Shown piece by piece: positions 24,601 to 39,600 of a DNA stretch of 64,000 bases. Source of the stretch: Utricularia gibba (lineage: Eukaryota > Plantae > Magnoliophyta); contig NEEC01000072.1 in the NCBI GenBank assembly GCA_002189035.1, forward strand, positions 1-64,000, read 5' to 3'. The notes beneath the pieces were generated by a model. The model saw only the letters and a program-made list of their open reading frames with translations. It made no database searches and was not told where the DNA came from. Each line of letters starts with the position of its first letter. The first letter of the stretch is position 1. The position numbers and the translations under genes are program-made.

Positions 24601-27600
24601 AAAGCTCCCAACGACAGCACCCGCCTTTAAATGGCAAGCTGTTGCTTGAAAAACCATGTGGGCAGCCGCCGACAACCCAACGTTAATAAATGCATCACTT
24701 CTTTTGCCGGGCTACAGCTGACTATGGGCTCAAGCCCGACCCGAATCCGGCCCGATCTCGGTGACCCACAAAAGCGCCTTGTCAAGTGTAAAGCATGCTG
24801 TTGAAAAAACCATTTGGGGTGGTCATGAGATCCTAACTTCAATAAAGGTATCACGATTTTCGTCGAATGGGAACAGATTGTGCTGTGAAGTCAGACCAAA
24901 CCTTGGGTCCTCACAAAGTTCCCAACAACAGCACCCGCCAAAAAACGACAACTTTTCCTTCAAAAAGCATGTAGGCAGCAACCGAAAACCCAACGTTAAT
25001 AAATGCATCACTTCTTTGGCCGGGCTACAAATGACTATGGGCCAGAGCGCGACTCGACCATTTGCTCGATACTGGAGCCCGCCTAGAGCGCCTCCTCAAA
25101 TATAAATCAGGTTGTTGAGAAAACCATTTGGGGTTCTCATGACATCCTAACTAAAGCGAATGCATACGATTTCGTCGAGTACGACCCGATTGGGCTTAGT
25201 AGCCAGACCGAATCTCGGGCCCTGACAAAGCTCCCAACTACAGCACCCACCTTAAAACGGCAAGCTGTTGCTTGAAAAACCATTTAGGCAGCCGCCGAAA
25301 ACCCAACGTTGATAAATGCATCACTTATTTTCCGGGCCACAACTGACTATGGGCCTGAGCCCGACCCGACCTCTGGCCCAATCCCGAAACCCCCGAGGGC
25401 GCCTTCTCAAATATATAGCAGAGTGTTGAGAAAACCCATTGGGGTTCTCATGACATCCTAACTACATCAAATGCGTTACGATTTTCGTCGAGTGCGACCC
25501 GATTGGGCTTAGTAGCCAGACCGAATCTCGGGCCGGACAAAGCTCCCAACGACAGCACCCGCCTTTAAATGGCAAGCTGTTGCTTGAAAAACCATGTGGG
25601 CAGCCGCCGACAACCCAACGTTAATAAATGCATCACTTCTTTTGCCGGGCTACAGCTGACTATGGGCTCAAGCCCGACCCGAATCCGGCCCGATCTCGGT
25701 GACCCACAAAAGCGCCTTGTCAAGTGTAAAGCATGCTGTTGAAAAAACCATTTGGGGTGGTCATGAGATCCTAACTTCAATAAAGGTATCACGATTTTCG
25801 TCGAATGGGAACAGATTGTGCTGTGAAGTCAGACCAAACCTTGGGTCCTCACAAAGTTCCCAACAACAGCACCCGCCAAAAAACGACAACTTTTCCTTCA
25901 AAAAGCATGTAGGCAGCCACCGAAAACCCAACGTTAATAAATGCATCACTTCTTTGGCCGGGCTACAAATGACTATGGGCTAGAGCGCGACTCGACCATT
26001 TGCTCGATACTGGAGCCCGCCTAGAGCGCCTCCTCAAATATAAATCAGGTTGTTGAGAAAACCATTTGGGGTTCTCATGACATCCTAACTAAAGCGAATG
26101 CATACGATTTCGTCGAGTACGACCCGATTGGGCTTAGTAGCCAGACCGAATCTCGGGCCCTGACAAAGCTCCCAACTACAGCACCCACCTTAAAACGGCA
26201 AGCTGTTGCTTGAAAAACCATTTAGGCAGCCGCTGAATACCCAACGTTGATAAATGCATCACTTATTTTCCGGGCCACAACTGACTATGGGCCTGAGCCC
26301 GACCCGACCTCTGGCCCAATCCTGAAACCCCCAAGAGCGCTTTCTGAAATATAAAGTAGAGTGTTGAGAAAACCCATTGGGGTTCTCATGACATCCTAAC
26401 TACAGCAAATGCGTTACGTTTTTCGTCGAGTGCGACCCGATTGGGCTTAGTAGCCAGACCGAATCTCGGGCCGGACAAAGCTCCCAACGACAGCACCCGC
26501 CTTTAAATGGCAAGCTGTTGCTTGAAAAACCATGTGGGCAGCCGCCGACAACCCAACGTTAATAAATGCATCACTTTTTTGGCCAGGCTACAAATGACTA
26601 TGGGCCAGAGCGCGACTCGACCATTTGCTCGATACTGGTGCCCGCCTAGAGCGCCTCCTCAAATATAAATCAGGTTGTTGAGAAACCATTTGGGGTGCTC
26701 ATGACATCCTAACTTCAGCAAATGCATCACGATTTTCATCGAGTAGCACCCGATTGGGCTCAGGAGCCAGACCGAACCTTGGGCCCTAACAAAGCTGCCA
26801 ACGACAGCACTCGCCTTAAAACGGCAAGCTATTGCTTGAAAAACCATTTAGGCAGCCGCCGAAAACCCATCGTTGATAAATGCATCACTTATTTTCCGGG
26901 CTACAACTGACTATGGGCCTGAGCCCGACCCGACCTCTGGCCCAATCCCGAAACCCTCCGAGAGCGCCTTCTCAAATATATAGCAGAGTGTTGAGAAAAC
27001 CCATTGGGGTTCTCATGACATCCTAACTACATCAAATGCGTTACGATTTTCGTCGAGTGCGACCCGATTGGGCTTAGTAGCCAGACCGAATCTCGGGCCG
27101 GACAAAGCTCCCAACGACAGCACCCGCCTTTAAATGGCAAGCTGTTGCTTGAAAAACCATGTGGGCAGCCGCCGACAACCCAACGTTAATAAATGCATCA
27201 CTTCTTTTGCCGGGCTACAGCTGACTATGGGCTCAAGCCCGACCCGAATCCGGCCCGATCTCGGTGACCCACAAAAGCGCCTTGTCAAGTGTAAAGCATG
27301 CTGTTGAAAAAACCATTTGGGGTGGTCATGAGATCCTAACTTCAATAAAGGTATCACGATTTTCGTCGAATGGGAACAGATTGTGCTGTGAAGTCAGACC
27401 AAACCTTGGGTCCTCACAAAGTTCCCAACAACAGCACCCGCCAAAAAACGACAACTTTTCCTTCAAAAAGCATGTAGGCAGCCACCGAAAACCCAACGTT
27501 AATAAATGCATCACTTCTTTGGCCGGGCTACAAATGACTATGGGCCAGAGCGCGACTCGACCATTTGCTCGATACTGGAGCCGCCTAGAGCGCCTCCTCA

Positions 27601-30600
27601 AATATAAATCAGGTTGTTGAGAAAACCATTTGGGGTTCTCATGACATCCTAACTAAAGCGAATGCATACGATTTCGTCGAGTACGACCCGATTGGGCTTA
27701 GTAGCCAGACCGAATCTCGGGCCCTGACAAAGCTCCCAACTACAGCACCCACCTTAAAACGGCAAGCTGTTGCTTGAAAAACCATTTAGGCAGCCGCTGA
27801 ATACCCAACGTTGATAAATGCATCACTTATTTCCGGGCCACAACTGACTATGGGCCTGAGCCCGACCCGACCTCTGGCCCAATCCTGAAACCCCCCAAGA
27901 GCGCCTTCTGAAATATAAAGTAGAGTGTTGAGAAAACCCATTGGGGTTCTCATGACATCCTAACTACAGCAAATGCGTTACGATTTTCGTCGAGTGCGAC
28001 CCGATTGGGCTTAGTAGCCAGACCGAATCTCGGGCCGGACAAAGCTCCCAACGACAGCACCCGCCTTTAAATGGCAAGCTGTTGCTTGAAAAACCATGTG
28101 GGCAGCCGCCGACAACCCAACGTTAATAAATGCATCACTTTTTTGGCCAGGCTACAAATGACTATGGGCCAGAGCGCGACTCGACCATTTGCTCGATACT
28201 GGTGCCCGCCTAGAGCGCCTCCTCAAATACAAATCAGGTTGTTGAGAATACCATTTGGGGTGCTCATGACATCCTAACTTCAGCAAATGCATCACGATTT
28301 TCATCGAGTAGCACCCGATTGGGCTCAGGAGCCAGACCGAACCTTGGGCCCTAACAAAGCTGCCAACGACAGCACTCGCCTTAAAACGGCAAGCTATTGC
28401 TTGAAAAACCATTTAGGCAGCCGCCGAAAACCCATCGTTGATAAATGCATCACTTATTTTCCGGGCTACAACTGACTATTGGCCTGAGCCGACCCGACCT
28501 CTGGCCCAATCCCGAAACCCCCGAGAGCGCCTTCTCAAATATATAGCAGAGTGTTGAGAAAACCCATTGGGGTTCTCATGACATCCTAACTAAAGCAAAT
28601 GCATTACGATTTCGTCGAGTACGACCCGATTGGGTTTAGTAGCCAGACCGAATCTCGGGCCCTGACAAAGCTCCCAACTACAGCACCCACCTTAAAACGG
28701 CAAGCTGTTGCTTGAAAAACCATTTAGGCAGCCGCCGAAAACCCATCGTTGATAAATGCATCACTTATTTTCCGGGCTACAACTGACTATTGGCCTGAGC
28801 CCGACCCGACCTCTGGCCCAATCCCGAAACCCTCCGAGGGCGCCTTCTCAAATATATAGCAGAGTGTTGAGAAAACCCATTGGGGTTCTCATGACATCCT
28901 AACTACATCAAATGCGTTACGATTTTCGTCGAGTGCGACCCGATTGGGCTTAGTAGCCAGACCGAATCTCGGGCCGGACAAAGCTCCCAACGACAGCACC
29001 CGCCTTTAAATGGCAAGCTGTTGCTTGAAAAACCATGTGGGCAGCCGCCGACAACCCAACGTTAATAAATGCATCACTTCTTTTGCCGGGCTACAGCTGA
29101 CTATGGGCTCAAGCCCGACCCGAATCCGGCCCGATCTCGGTGACCCACAAAAGCGCCTTGTCAAGTGTAAAGCATGCTGTTGAAAAAACCATTTGGGGTG
29201 GTCATGAGATCCTAACTTCAATAAAGGTATCACGATTTTCGTCGAATGGGAACAGATTGTGCTGTGAAGTCAGACCAAACCTTGGGTCCTCACAAAGTTC
29301 CCAACAACAGCACCCGCCAAAAAACGACAACTTTTCCTTCAAAAAGCATGTAGGCAGCAACCGAAAACCCAACGTTAATAAATGCATCACTTCTTTGGCC
29401 GGGCTACAAATGACTATGGGCTAGAGCGCGACTCGACCATTTGCTCGATACTGGAGCCCGCCTAGAGCGCCTCCTCAAATATAAATCAGGTTGTTGAGAA
29501 AACCATTTGGGGTTCTCATGACATCCTAACTAAAGCGAATGCATACGATTTCGTCGAGTACGACCCGATTGGGCTTAGTAGCCAGACCGAATCTCGGGCC
29601 CTGACAAAGCTCCCAACTACAGCACCCACCTTAAAACGGCAAGCTGTTGCTTGAAAAACCATTTAGGCAGCCGCCGAAAACCCAACGTTGATAAATGCAT
29701 CACTTATTTTCCGGGCCACAACTGACTATGGGCCTGAGCCCGACCCGACCTCTGGCCCAATCCCGAAACCCCGAGAGCGCCTTCTCAAATATATAGCAGA
29801 GTGTTGAGAAAACCCATTGGGGTTCTCATGACATCCTAACTACATCAAATGCGTTACGATTTTCGTCGAGTGCGACCCGATTGGGCTTAGTAGCCAGACC
29901 GAATCTCGGGCCGGACAAAGCTCCCAACGACAGCACCCGCCTTTAAATGGCAAGCTGTTGCTTGAAAAACCATGTGGGCAGCCGCCGACAACCCAACGTT
30001 AATAAATGCATCACTTCTTTTGCCGGGCTACAGCTGACTATGGGCTCAAGCCCGACCCGAATCCGGCCCGATCTCGGTGACCCACAAAAGCGCCTTGTCA
30101 AGTGTAAAGCATGCTGTTGAAAAAACCATTTGGGGTGGTCATGAGATCCTAACTTCAATAAAGGTATCACGATTTTCGTCGAATGGGAACAGATTGTGCT
30201 GTGAAGTCAGACCAAACCTTGGGTCCTCACAAAGTTCCCAACAACAGCACCCGCCAAAAAACGACAACTTTTCCTTCAAAAAGCATGTAGGCAGCCACCG
30301 AAAACCCAACGTTAATAAATGCATCACTTCTTTGGCCGGGCTACAAATGACTATGGGCTAGAGCGCGACTCGACCATTTGCTCGATACTGGAGCCCGCCT
30401 AGAGCGCCTCCTCAAATATAAATCAGGTTGTTGAGAAAACCATTTGGGGTTCTCATGACATCCTAACTAAAGCGAATGCATACGATTTCGTCGAGTACGA
30501 CCCGATTGGGCTTAGTAGCCAGACCGAATCTCGGGCCCTGACAAAGCTCCCAACTACAGCACCCACCTTAAAACGGCAAGCTGTTGCTTGAAAAACCATT

Positions 30601-33600
30601 TAGGCAGCCGCTGAATACCCAACGTTGATAAATGCATCACTTATTTTCCGGGCCACAACTGACTATGGGCCTGAGCCCGACCCGACCTCTGGCCCAATCC
30701 TGAAACCCCCCAAGAGCGCTTTCTGAAATATAAAGTAGAGTGTTGAGAAAACCCATTGGGGTTCTCATGACATCCTAACTACAGCAAATGCGTTACGTTT
30801 TTCGTCGAGTGCGACCCGATTGGGCTTAGTAGCCAGACCGAATCTCGGGCCGGACAAAGCTCCCAACGACAGCACCCGCCTTTAAATGGCAAGCTGTTGC
30901 TTGAAAAACCATGTGGGCAGCCGCCGACAACCCAACGTTAATAAATGCATCACTTTTTTGGCCAGGCTACAAATGACTATGGGCCAGAGCGCGACTCGAC
31001 CATTTGCTCGATACTGGTGCCCGCCTAGAGCGCCTCCTCAAATATAAATCAGGTTGTTGAGAATACCATTTGGGGTGCTCATGACATCCTAACTTCAGCA
31101 AATGCATCACGATTTTCATCGAGTAGCACCCGATTGGGCTCAGGAGCCAGACCGAACCTTGGGCCCTAACAAAGCTGCCAACGACAGCACTCGCCTTAAA
31201 ACGGCAAGCTATTGCTTGAAAAACCATTTAGGCAGCCGCCGAAAACCCATCGTTGATAAATGCATCACTTATTTTCCGGGCTACAACTGACTATGGGCCT
31301 GAGCCCGACCCGACCTCTGGCCCAATCCCGAAACCCTCCGAGAGCGCCTTCTCAAATATATAGCAGAGTGTTGAGAAAACCCATTGGGGTTCTCATGACA
31401 TCCTAACTACATCAAATGCGTTACGATTTTCGTCGAGTGCGACCCGATTGGGCTTAGTAGCCAGACCGAATCTCGGGCCGGACAAAGCTCCCAACGACAG
31501 CACCCGCCTTTAAATGGCAAGCTGTTGCTTGAAAAACCATGTGGGCAGCCGCCGACAACCCAACGTTAATAAATGCATCACTTCTTTTGCCGGGCTACAG
31601 CTGACTATGGGCTCAAGCCCGACCCGAATCCGGCCCGATCTCGGTGACCCACAAAAGCGCCTTGTCAAGTGTAAAGCATGCTGTTGAAAAAACCATTTGG
31701 GGTGGTCATGAGATCCTAACTTCAATAAAGGTATCACGATTTTCGTCGAATGGGAACAGATTGTGCTGTGAAGTCAGACCAAACCTTGGGTCCTCACAAA
31801 GTTCCCAACAACAGCACCCGCCAAAAAACGACAACTTTTCCTTCAAAAAGCATGTAGGCAGCCACCGAAAACCCAACGTTAATAAATGCATCACTTCTTT
31901 GGCCGGGCTACAAATGACTATGGGCCAGAGCGCGACTCGACCATTTGCTCGATACTGGAGCCGCCTAGAGCGCCTCCTCAAATATAAATCAGGTTGTTGA
32001 GAAAACCATTTGGGGTTCTCATGACATCCTAACTAAAGCGAATGCATACGATTTCGTCGAGTACGACCCGATTGGGCTTAGTAGCCAGACCGAATCTCGG
32101 GCCCTGACAAAGCTCCCAACTACAGCACCCACCTTAAAACGGCAAGCTGTTGCTTGAAAAACCATTTAGGCAGCCGCTGAAACCCAACGTTGATAAATGC
32201 ATCACTTATTTCCGGGCCACAACTGACTATGGGCCTGAGCCCGACCCGACCTCTGGCCCAATCCTGAAACCCCCAAGAGCGCCTTCTCAAATATAAAGTA
32301 GAGTGTTGAGAAAACCCATTGGGGTTCTCATGACATCCTAACTACAGCAAATGCGTTACGATTTTCGTCGAGTGCGACCCGATTGGGCTTAGTAGCCAGA
32401 CCGAATCTCGGGCCGGACAAAGCTCCCAACGACAGCACCCGCCTTTAAATGGCAAGCTGTTGCTTGAAAAACCATGTGGGCAGCCGCCGACAACCCAACG
32501 TTAATAAATGCATCACTTCTTTTGCCGGGCTACAGCTGACTATGGGCTCAAGCCCGACCCGAATCCGGCCCGATCTCGGTGACCCACAAAAGCGCCTTGT
32601 CAAGTGTAAAGCATGCTGTTGAAAAAACCATTTGGGGTGGTCATGAGATCCTAACTTCAATAAAGGTATCACGATTTTCGTCGAATGGGAACAGATTGTG
32701 CTGTGAAGTCAGACCAAACCTTGGGTCCTCACAAAGTTCCCAACAACAGCACCCGCCAAAAAACGACAACTTTTCCTTCAAAAAGCATGTAGGCAGCCAC
32801 CGAAAACCCAACGTTAATAAATGCATCACTTCTTTGGCCGGGCTACAAATGACTATGGGCCAGAGCGCGACTCGACCATTTGCTCGATACTGGAGCCGCC
32901 TAGAGCGCCTCCTCAAATATAAATCAGGTTGTTGAGAAAACCATTTGGGGTTCTCATGACATCCTAACTAAAGCGAATGCATACGATTTCGTCGAGTACG
33001 ACCCGATTGGGCTTAGTAGCCAGACCGAATCTCGGGCCCTGACAAAGCTCCCAACTACAGCACCCACCTTAAAACGGCAAGCTGTTGCTTGAAAAACCAT
33101 TTAGGCAGCCGCTGAAACCCAACGTTGATAAATGCATCACTTATTTTCCGGGCCACAACTGACTATGGGCCTGAGCCCGACCCGACCTCTGGCCCAATCC
33201 TGAAACCCCCAAGAGCGCCTTCTGAAATATAAAGTAGAGTGTTGAGAAAACCCATTGGGGTTCTCATGACATCCTAACTACAAAATGCGTTACGATTTTC
33301 GTCGAGTGCGACCCGATTGGGCTTAGTAGCCAGACCGAATCTCGGGCCGGACAAAGCTCCCAACGACAGCACCCGCCTTTAAATGGCAAGCTGTTGCTTG
33401 AAAAACCATGTGGGCAGCCGCCGACAACCCAACGTTAATAAATGCATCACTTTTTTGGCCAGGCTACAAATGACTATGGGCCAGAGCGCGACTCGACCAT
33501 TTGCTCGATACTGGTGCCCGCCTAGAGCGCCTCCTCAAATATAAATCAGGTTGTTGAGAAAACCATTTGGGGTGCTCATGACATCCTAACTTCAGCAAAT

Positions 33601-36600
33601 GCATCACGATTTTCATCGAGTAGCACCCGATTGGGCTCAGGAGCCAGACCGAACCTTGGGCCCTAACAAAGCTGCCAACGACAGCACTCGCCTTAAAACG
33701 GCAAGCTATTGCTTGAAAAACCATTTAGGCAGCCGCCGAAAACCCATCGTTGATAAATGCATCACTTATTTTCCGGGCTACAACTGACTATGGCCTGAGC
33801 CCGACCCGACCTCTGGCCCAATCCCGAAACCCTCCGAGAGCGCCTTCTCAAATATATAGCAGAGTGTTGAGAAAACCCATTGGGGTTCTCATGACATCCT
33901 AACTACATCAAATGCGTTACGATTTTCGTCGAGTGCGACCCGATTGGGCTTAGTAGCCAGACCGAATCTCGGGCCGGACAAAGCTCCCAACGACAGCACC
34001 CGCCTTTAAATGGCAAGCTGTTGCTTGAAAAACCATGTGGGCAGCCGCCGACAACCCAACGTTAATAAATGCATCACTTCTTTTGCCGGGCTACAGCTGA
34101 CTATGGGCTCAAGCCCGACCCGAATCCGGCCCGATCTCGGTGACCCACAAAAGCGCCTTGTCAAGTGTAAAGCATGCTGTTGAAAAACCATTTGGGGTGG
34201 TCATGAGATCCTAACTTCAATAAAGGTATCACGATTTTCGTCGAATGGGAACAGATTGTGCTGTGAAGTCAGACCAAACCTTGGGTCCTCACAAAGTTCC
34301 CAACAACAGCACCCGCCAAAAAACGACAACTTTTCCTTCAAAAAGCATGTAGGCAGCCACCGAAAACCCAACGTTAATAAATGCATCACTTCTTTGGCCG
34401 GGCTACAAATGACTATGGGCCAGAGCGCGACTCGACCATTTGCTCGATACTGGAGCCCGCCTAGAGCGCCTCCTCAAATATAAATCAGGTTGTTGAGAAA
34501 ACCATTTGGGGTTCTCATGACATCCTAACTAAAGCAATGCATACGATTTCGTCGAGTACGACCCGATTGGGCTTAGTAGCCAGACCGAATCTCGGGCCCT
34601 GACAAAGCTCCAACTACAGCACCCACCTTAAAACGGCAAGCTGTTGCTTGAAAAACCATTTAGGCAGCCGCCGAAAACCCAACGTTGATAAATGCATCAC
34701 TTATTTTCCGGGCTACAACTGACTATGGGCCTGAGCCCGACCCGACCTCTGGCCCAATCCCGAAACCCTCCGAGAGCGCCTTCTCAAATATATAGCAGAG
34801 TGTTGAGAAAACCCATTGGGGTTCTCATGACATCCTAACTACATCAAATGCGTTACGATTTTCGTCGAGTGCGACCCGATTGGGCTTAGTAGCCAGACCG
34901 AATCTCGGGCCGGACAAAGCTCCCAACGACAGCACCCGCCTTTAAATGGCAAGCTGTTGCTTGAAAAACCATGTGGGCAGCCGCCGACAACCCAACGTTA
35001 ATAAATGCATCACTTCTTTTGCCGGGCTACAGCTGACTATGGGCTCAAGCCCGACCCGAATCCGGCCCGATCTCGGTGACCCACAAAAGCGCCTTGTCAA
35101 GTGTAAAGCATGCTGTTGAAAAAACCATTTGGGGTGGTCATGAGATCCTAACTTCAATAAAGGTATCACGATTTTCGTCGAATGGGAACAGATTGTGCTG
35201 TGAAGTCAGACCAAACCTTGGGTCCTCACAAAGTTCCCAACAACAGCACCCGCCAAAAAACGACAACTTTTCCTTCAAAAAGCATGTAGGCAGCCACCGA
35301 AAACCCAACGTTAATAAATGCATCACTTCTTTGGCCGGGCTACAAATGACTATGGGCCAGAGCGCGACTCGACCATTTGCTCGATACTGGAGCCCGCCTA
35401 GAGCGCCTCCTCAAATATAAATCAGGTTGTTGAGAAAACCATTTGGGGTTCTCATGACATCCTAACTAAAGCGAATGCATACGATTTCGTCGAGTACGAC
35501 CCGATTGGGCTTAGTAGCCAGACCGAATCTCGGGCCCTGACAAAGCTCCCAACTACAGCACCCACCTTAAAACGGCAAGCTGTTGCTTGAAAAACCATTT
35601 AGGCAGCCGCTGAAACCCAACGTTGATAAATGCATCACTTATTTTCCGGGCCACAACTGACTATGGGCCTGAGCCCGACCCGACCTCTGGCCCAATCCTG
35701 AAACCCCCCAAGAGCGCCTTCTGAAATATAAAGTAGAGTGTTGAGAAAACCCATTGGGGTTCTCATGACATCCTAACTACAGCAAATGCGTTACGATTTT
35801 CGTCGAGTGCGACCCGATTGGGCTTAGTAGCCAGACCGAATCTCGGGCCGGACAAAGCTCCCAACGACAGCACCCGCCTTTAAATGGCAAGCTGTTGCTT
35901 GAAAAACCATGTGGGCAGCCGCCGACAACCCAACGTTAATAAATGCATCACTTTTTTGGCCAGGCTACAAATGACTATGGGCCAGAGCGCGACTCGACCA
36001 TTTGCTCGATACTGGTGCCCGCCTAGAGCGCCTCCTCAAATAAAATCAGGTTGTTGAGAAACCATTTGGGGTGCTCATGACATCCTAACTTCAGCAAATG
36101 CATCACGATTTTCATCGAGTAGCACCCGATTGGGCTCAGGAGCCAGACCGAACCTTGGGCCCTAACAAAGCTGCCAACGACAGCACTCGCCTTAAAACGG
36201 CAAGCTATTGCTTGAAAAACCATTTAGGCAGCCGCCGAAAACCCATCGTTGATAAATGCATCACTTATTTTCCGGGCTACAACTGACTATTGGCCTGAGC
36301 CCGACCCGACCTCTGGCCCAATCCCGAAACCCTCCGAGAGCGCCTTCTCAAATATATAGCAGAGTGTTGAGAAAACCCATTGGGGTTCTCATGACATCCT
36401 AACTAAAGCAAATGCATTACGATTTCGTCGAGTACGACCCGATTGGGCTTAGTAGCCAGACCGAATCTCGGGCCCTGACAAAGCTCCCAACTACAGCACC
36501 CACCTTAAAACGGCAAGCTGTTGCTTGAAAAACCATTTAGGCAGCCGCCGAAAACCCATCGTTGATAAATGCATCACTTATTTTCCGGGCTACAACTGAC

Positions 36601-39600
36601 TATTGGCCTGAGCCCGACCCGACCTCTGGCCCAATCCCGAAACCCTCCGAGGGCGCCTTCTCAAATATATAGCAGAGTGTTGAGAAAACCCATTGGGGTT
36701 CTCATGACATCCTAACTACATCAAATGCGTTACGATTTTCGTCGAGTGCGACCCGATTGGGCTTAGTAGCCAGACCGAATCTCGGGCCGGACAAAGCTCC
36801 CAACGACAGCACCCGCCTTTAAATGGCAAGCTGTTGCTTGAAAAACCATGTGGGCAGCCGCCGACAACCCAACGTTAATAAATGCATCACTTCTTTTGCC
36901 GGGCTACAGCTGACTATGGGCTCAAGCCCGACCCGAATCCGGCCCGATCTCGGTGACCCACAAAAGCGCCTTGTCAAGTGTAAAGCATGCTGTTGAAAAA
37001 ACCATTTGGGGTGGTCATGAGATCCTAACTTCAATAAAGGTATCACGATTTTCGTCGAATGGGAACAGATTGTGCTGTGAAGTCAGACCAAACCTTGGGT
37101 CCTCACAAAGTTCCCAACAACAGCACCCGCCAAAAAACGACAACTTTTCCTTCAAAAAGCATGTAGGCAGCAACCGAAAACCCAACGTTAATAAATGCAT
37201 CACTTCTTTGGCCGGGCTACAAATGACTATGGGCTAGAGCGCGACTCGACCATTTGCTCGATACTGGAGCCCGCCTAGAGCGCCTCCTCAAATATAAATC
37301 AGGTTGTTGAGAAAACCATTTGGGGTTCTCATGACATCCTAACTAAAGCGAATGCATACGATTTCGTCGAGTACGACCCGATTGGGCTTAGTAGCCAGAC
37401 CGAATCTCGGGCCCTGACAAAGCTCCCAACTACAGCACCCACCTTAAAACGGCAAGCTGTTGCTTGAAAAACCATTTAGGCAGCCGCCGAAAACCCAACG
37501 TTGATAAATGCATCACTTATTTTCCGGGCCACAACTGACTATGGGCCTGAGCCCGACCCGACCTCTGGCCCAATCCCGAAACCCTCCGAGGGCGCCTTCT
37601 CAAATATATAGCAGAGTGTTGAGAAAACCCATTGGGGTTCTCATGACATCCTAACTACATCAAATGCGTTACGATTTTCGTCGAGTGCGACCCGATTGGG
37701 CTTAGTAGCCAGACCGAATCTCGGGCCGGACAAAGCTCCCAACGACAGCACCCGCCTTTAAATGGCAAGCTGTTGCTTGAAAAACCATGTGGGCAGCCGC
37801 CGACAACCCAACGTTAATAAATGCATCACTTCTTTTGCCGGGCTACAGCTGACTATGGGCTCAAGCCCGACCCGAATCCGGCCCGATCTCGGTGACCCAC
37901 AAAAGCGCCTTGTCAAGTGTAAAGCATGCTGTTGAAAAAACCATTTGGGGTGGTCATGAGATCCTAACTTCAATAAAGGTATCACGATTTTCGTCGAATG
38001 GGAACAGATTGTGCTGTGAAGTCAGACCAAACCTTGGGTCCTCACAAAGTTCCCAACAACAGCACCCGCCAAAAAACGACAACTTTTCCTTCAAAAAGCA
38101 TGTAGGCAGCCACCGAAAACCCAACGTTAATAAATGCATCACTTCTTTGGCCGGGCTACAAATGACTATGGGCTAGAGCGCGACTCGACCATTTGCTCGA
38201 TACTGGAGCCCGCCTAGAGCGCCTCCTCAAATATAAATCAGGTTGTTGAGAAAACCATTTGGGGTTCTCATGACATCCTAACTAAAGCGAATGCATACGA
38301 TTTCGTCGAGTACGACCCGATTGGGCTTAGTAGCCAGACCGAATCTCGGGCCCTGACAAAGCTCCCAACTACAGCACCCACCTTAAAACGGCAAGCTGTT
38401 GCTTGAAAAACCATTTAGGCAGCCGCTGAATACCCAACGTTGATAAATGCATCACTTATTTTCCGGGCCACAACTGACTATGGGCCTGAGCCCGACCCGA
38501 CCTCTGGCCCAATCCTGAAACCCCCCAAGAGCGCTTTCTGAAATATAAAGTAGAGTGTTGAGAAAACCCATTGGGGTTCTCATGACATCCTAACTACAGC
38601 AAATGCGTTACGTTTTTCGTCGAGTGCGACCCGATTGGGCTTAGTAGCCAGACCGAATCTCGGGCCGGACAAAGCTCCCAACGACAGCACCCGCCTTTAA
38701 ATGGCAAGCTGTTGCTTGAAAAACCATGTGGGCAGCCGCCGACAACCCAACGTTAATAAATGCATCACTTTTTTGGCCAGGCTACAAATGACTATGGGCC
38801 AGAGCGCGACTCGACCATTTGCTCGATACTGGTGCCCGCTAGAGCGCCTCCTCAAATATAAATCAGGTTGTTGAGAATACCATTTGGGGTGCTCATGACA
38901 TCCTAACTTCAGCAAATGCATCACGATTTTCATCGAGTAGCACCCGATTGGGCTCAGGAGCCAGACCGAACCTTGGGCCCTAACAAAGCTGCCAACGACA
39001 GCACTCGCCTTAAAACGGCAAGCTATTGCTTGAAAAACCATTTAGGCAGCCGCCGAAAACCCATCGTTGATAAATGCATCACTTATTTTCCGGGCTACAA
39101 CTGACTATGGGCCTGAGCCCGACCCGACCTCTGGCCCAATCCCGAAACCCTCCGAGAGCGCCTTCTCAAATATATAGCAGAGTGTTGAGAAAACCCATTG
39201 GGGTTCTCATGACATCCTAACTACATCAAATGCGTTACGATTTTCGTCGAGTGCGACCCGATTGGGCTTAGTAGCCAGACCGAATCTCGGGCCGGACAAA
39301 GCTCCCAACGACAGCACCCGCCTTTAAATGGCAAGCTGTTGCTTGAAAAACCATGTGGGCAGCCGCCGACAACCCAACGTTAATAAATGCATCACTTCTT
39401 TTGCCGGGCTACAGCTGACTATGGGCTCAAGCCCGACCCGAATCCGGCCCGATCTCGGTGACCCACAAAAGCGCCTTGTCAAGTGTAAAGCATGCTGTTG
39501 AAAAAACCATTTGGGGTGGTCATGAGATCCTAACTTCAATAAAGGTATCACGATTTTCGTCGAATGGGAACAGATTGTGCTGTGAAGTCAGACCAAACCT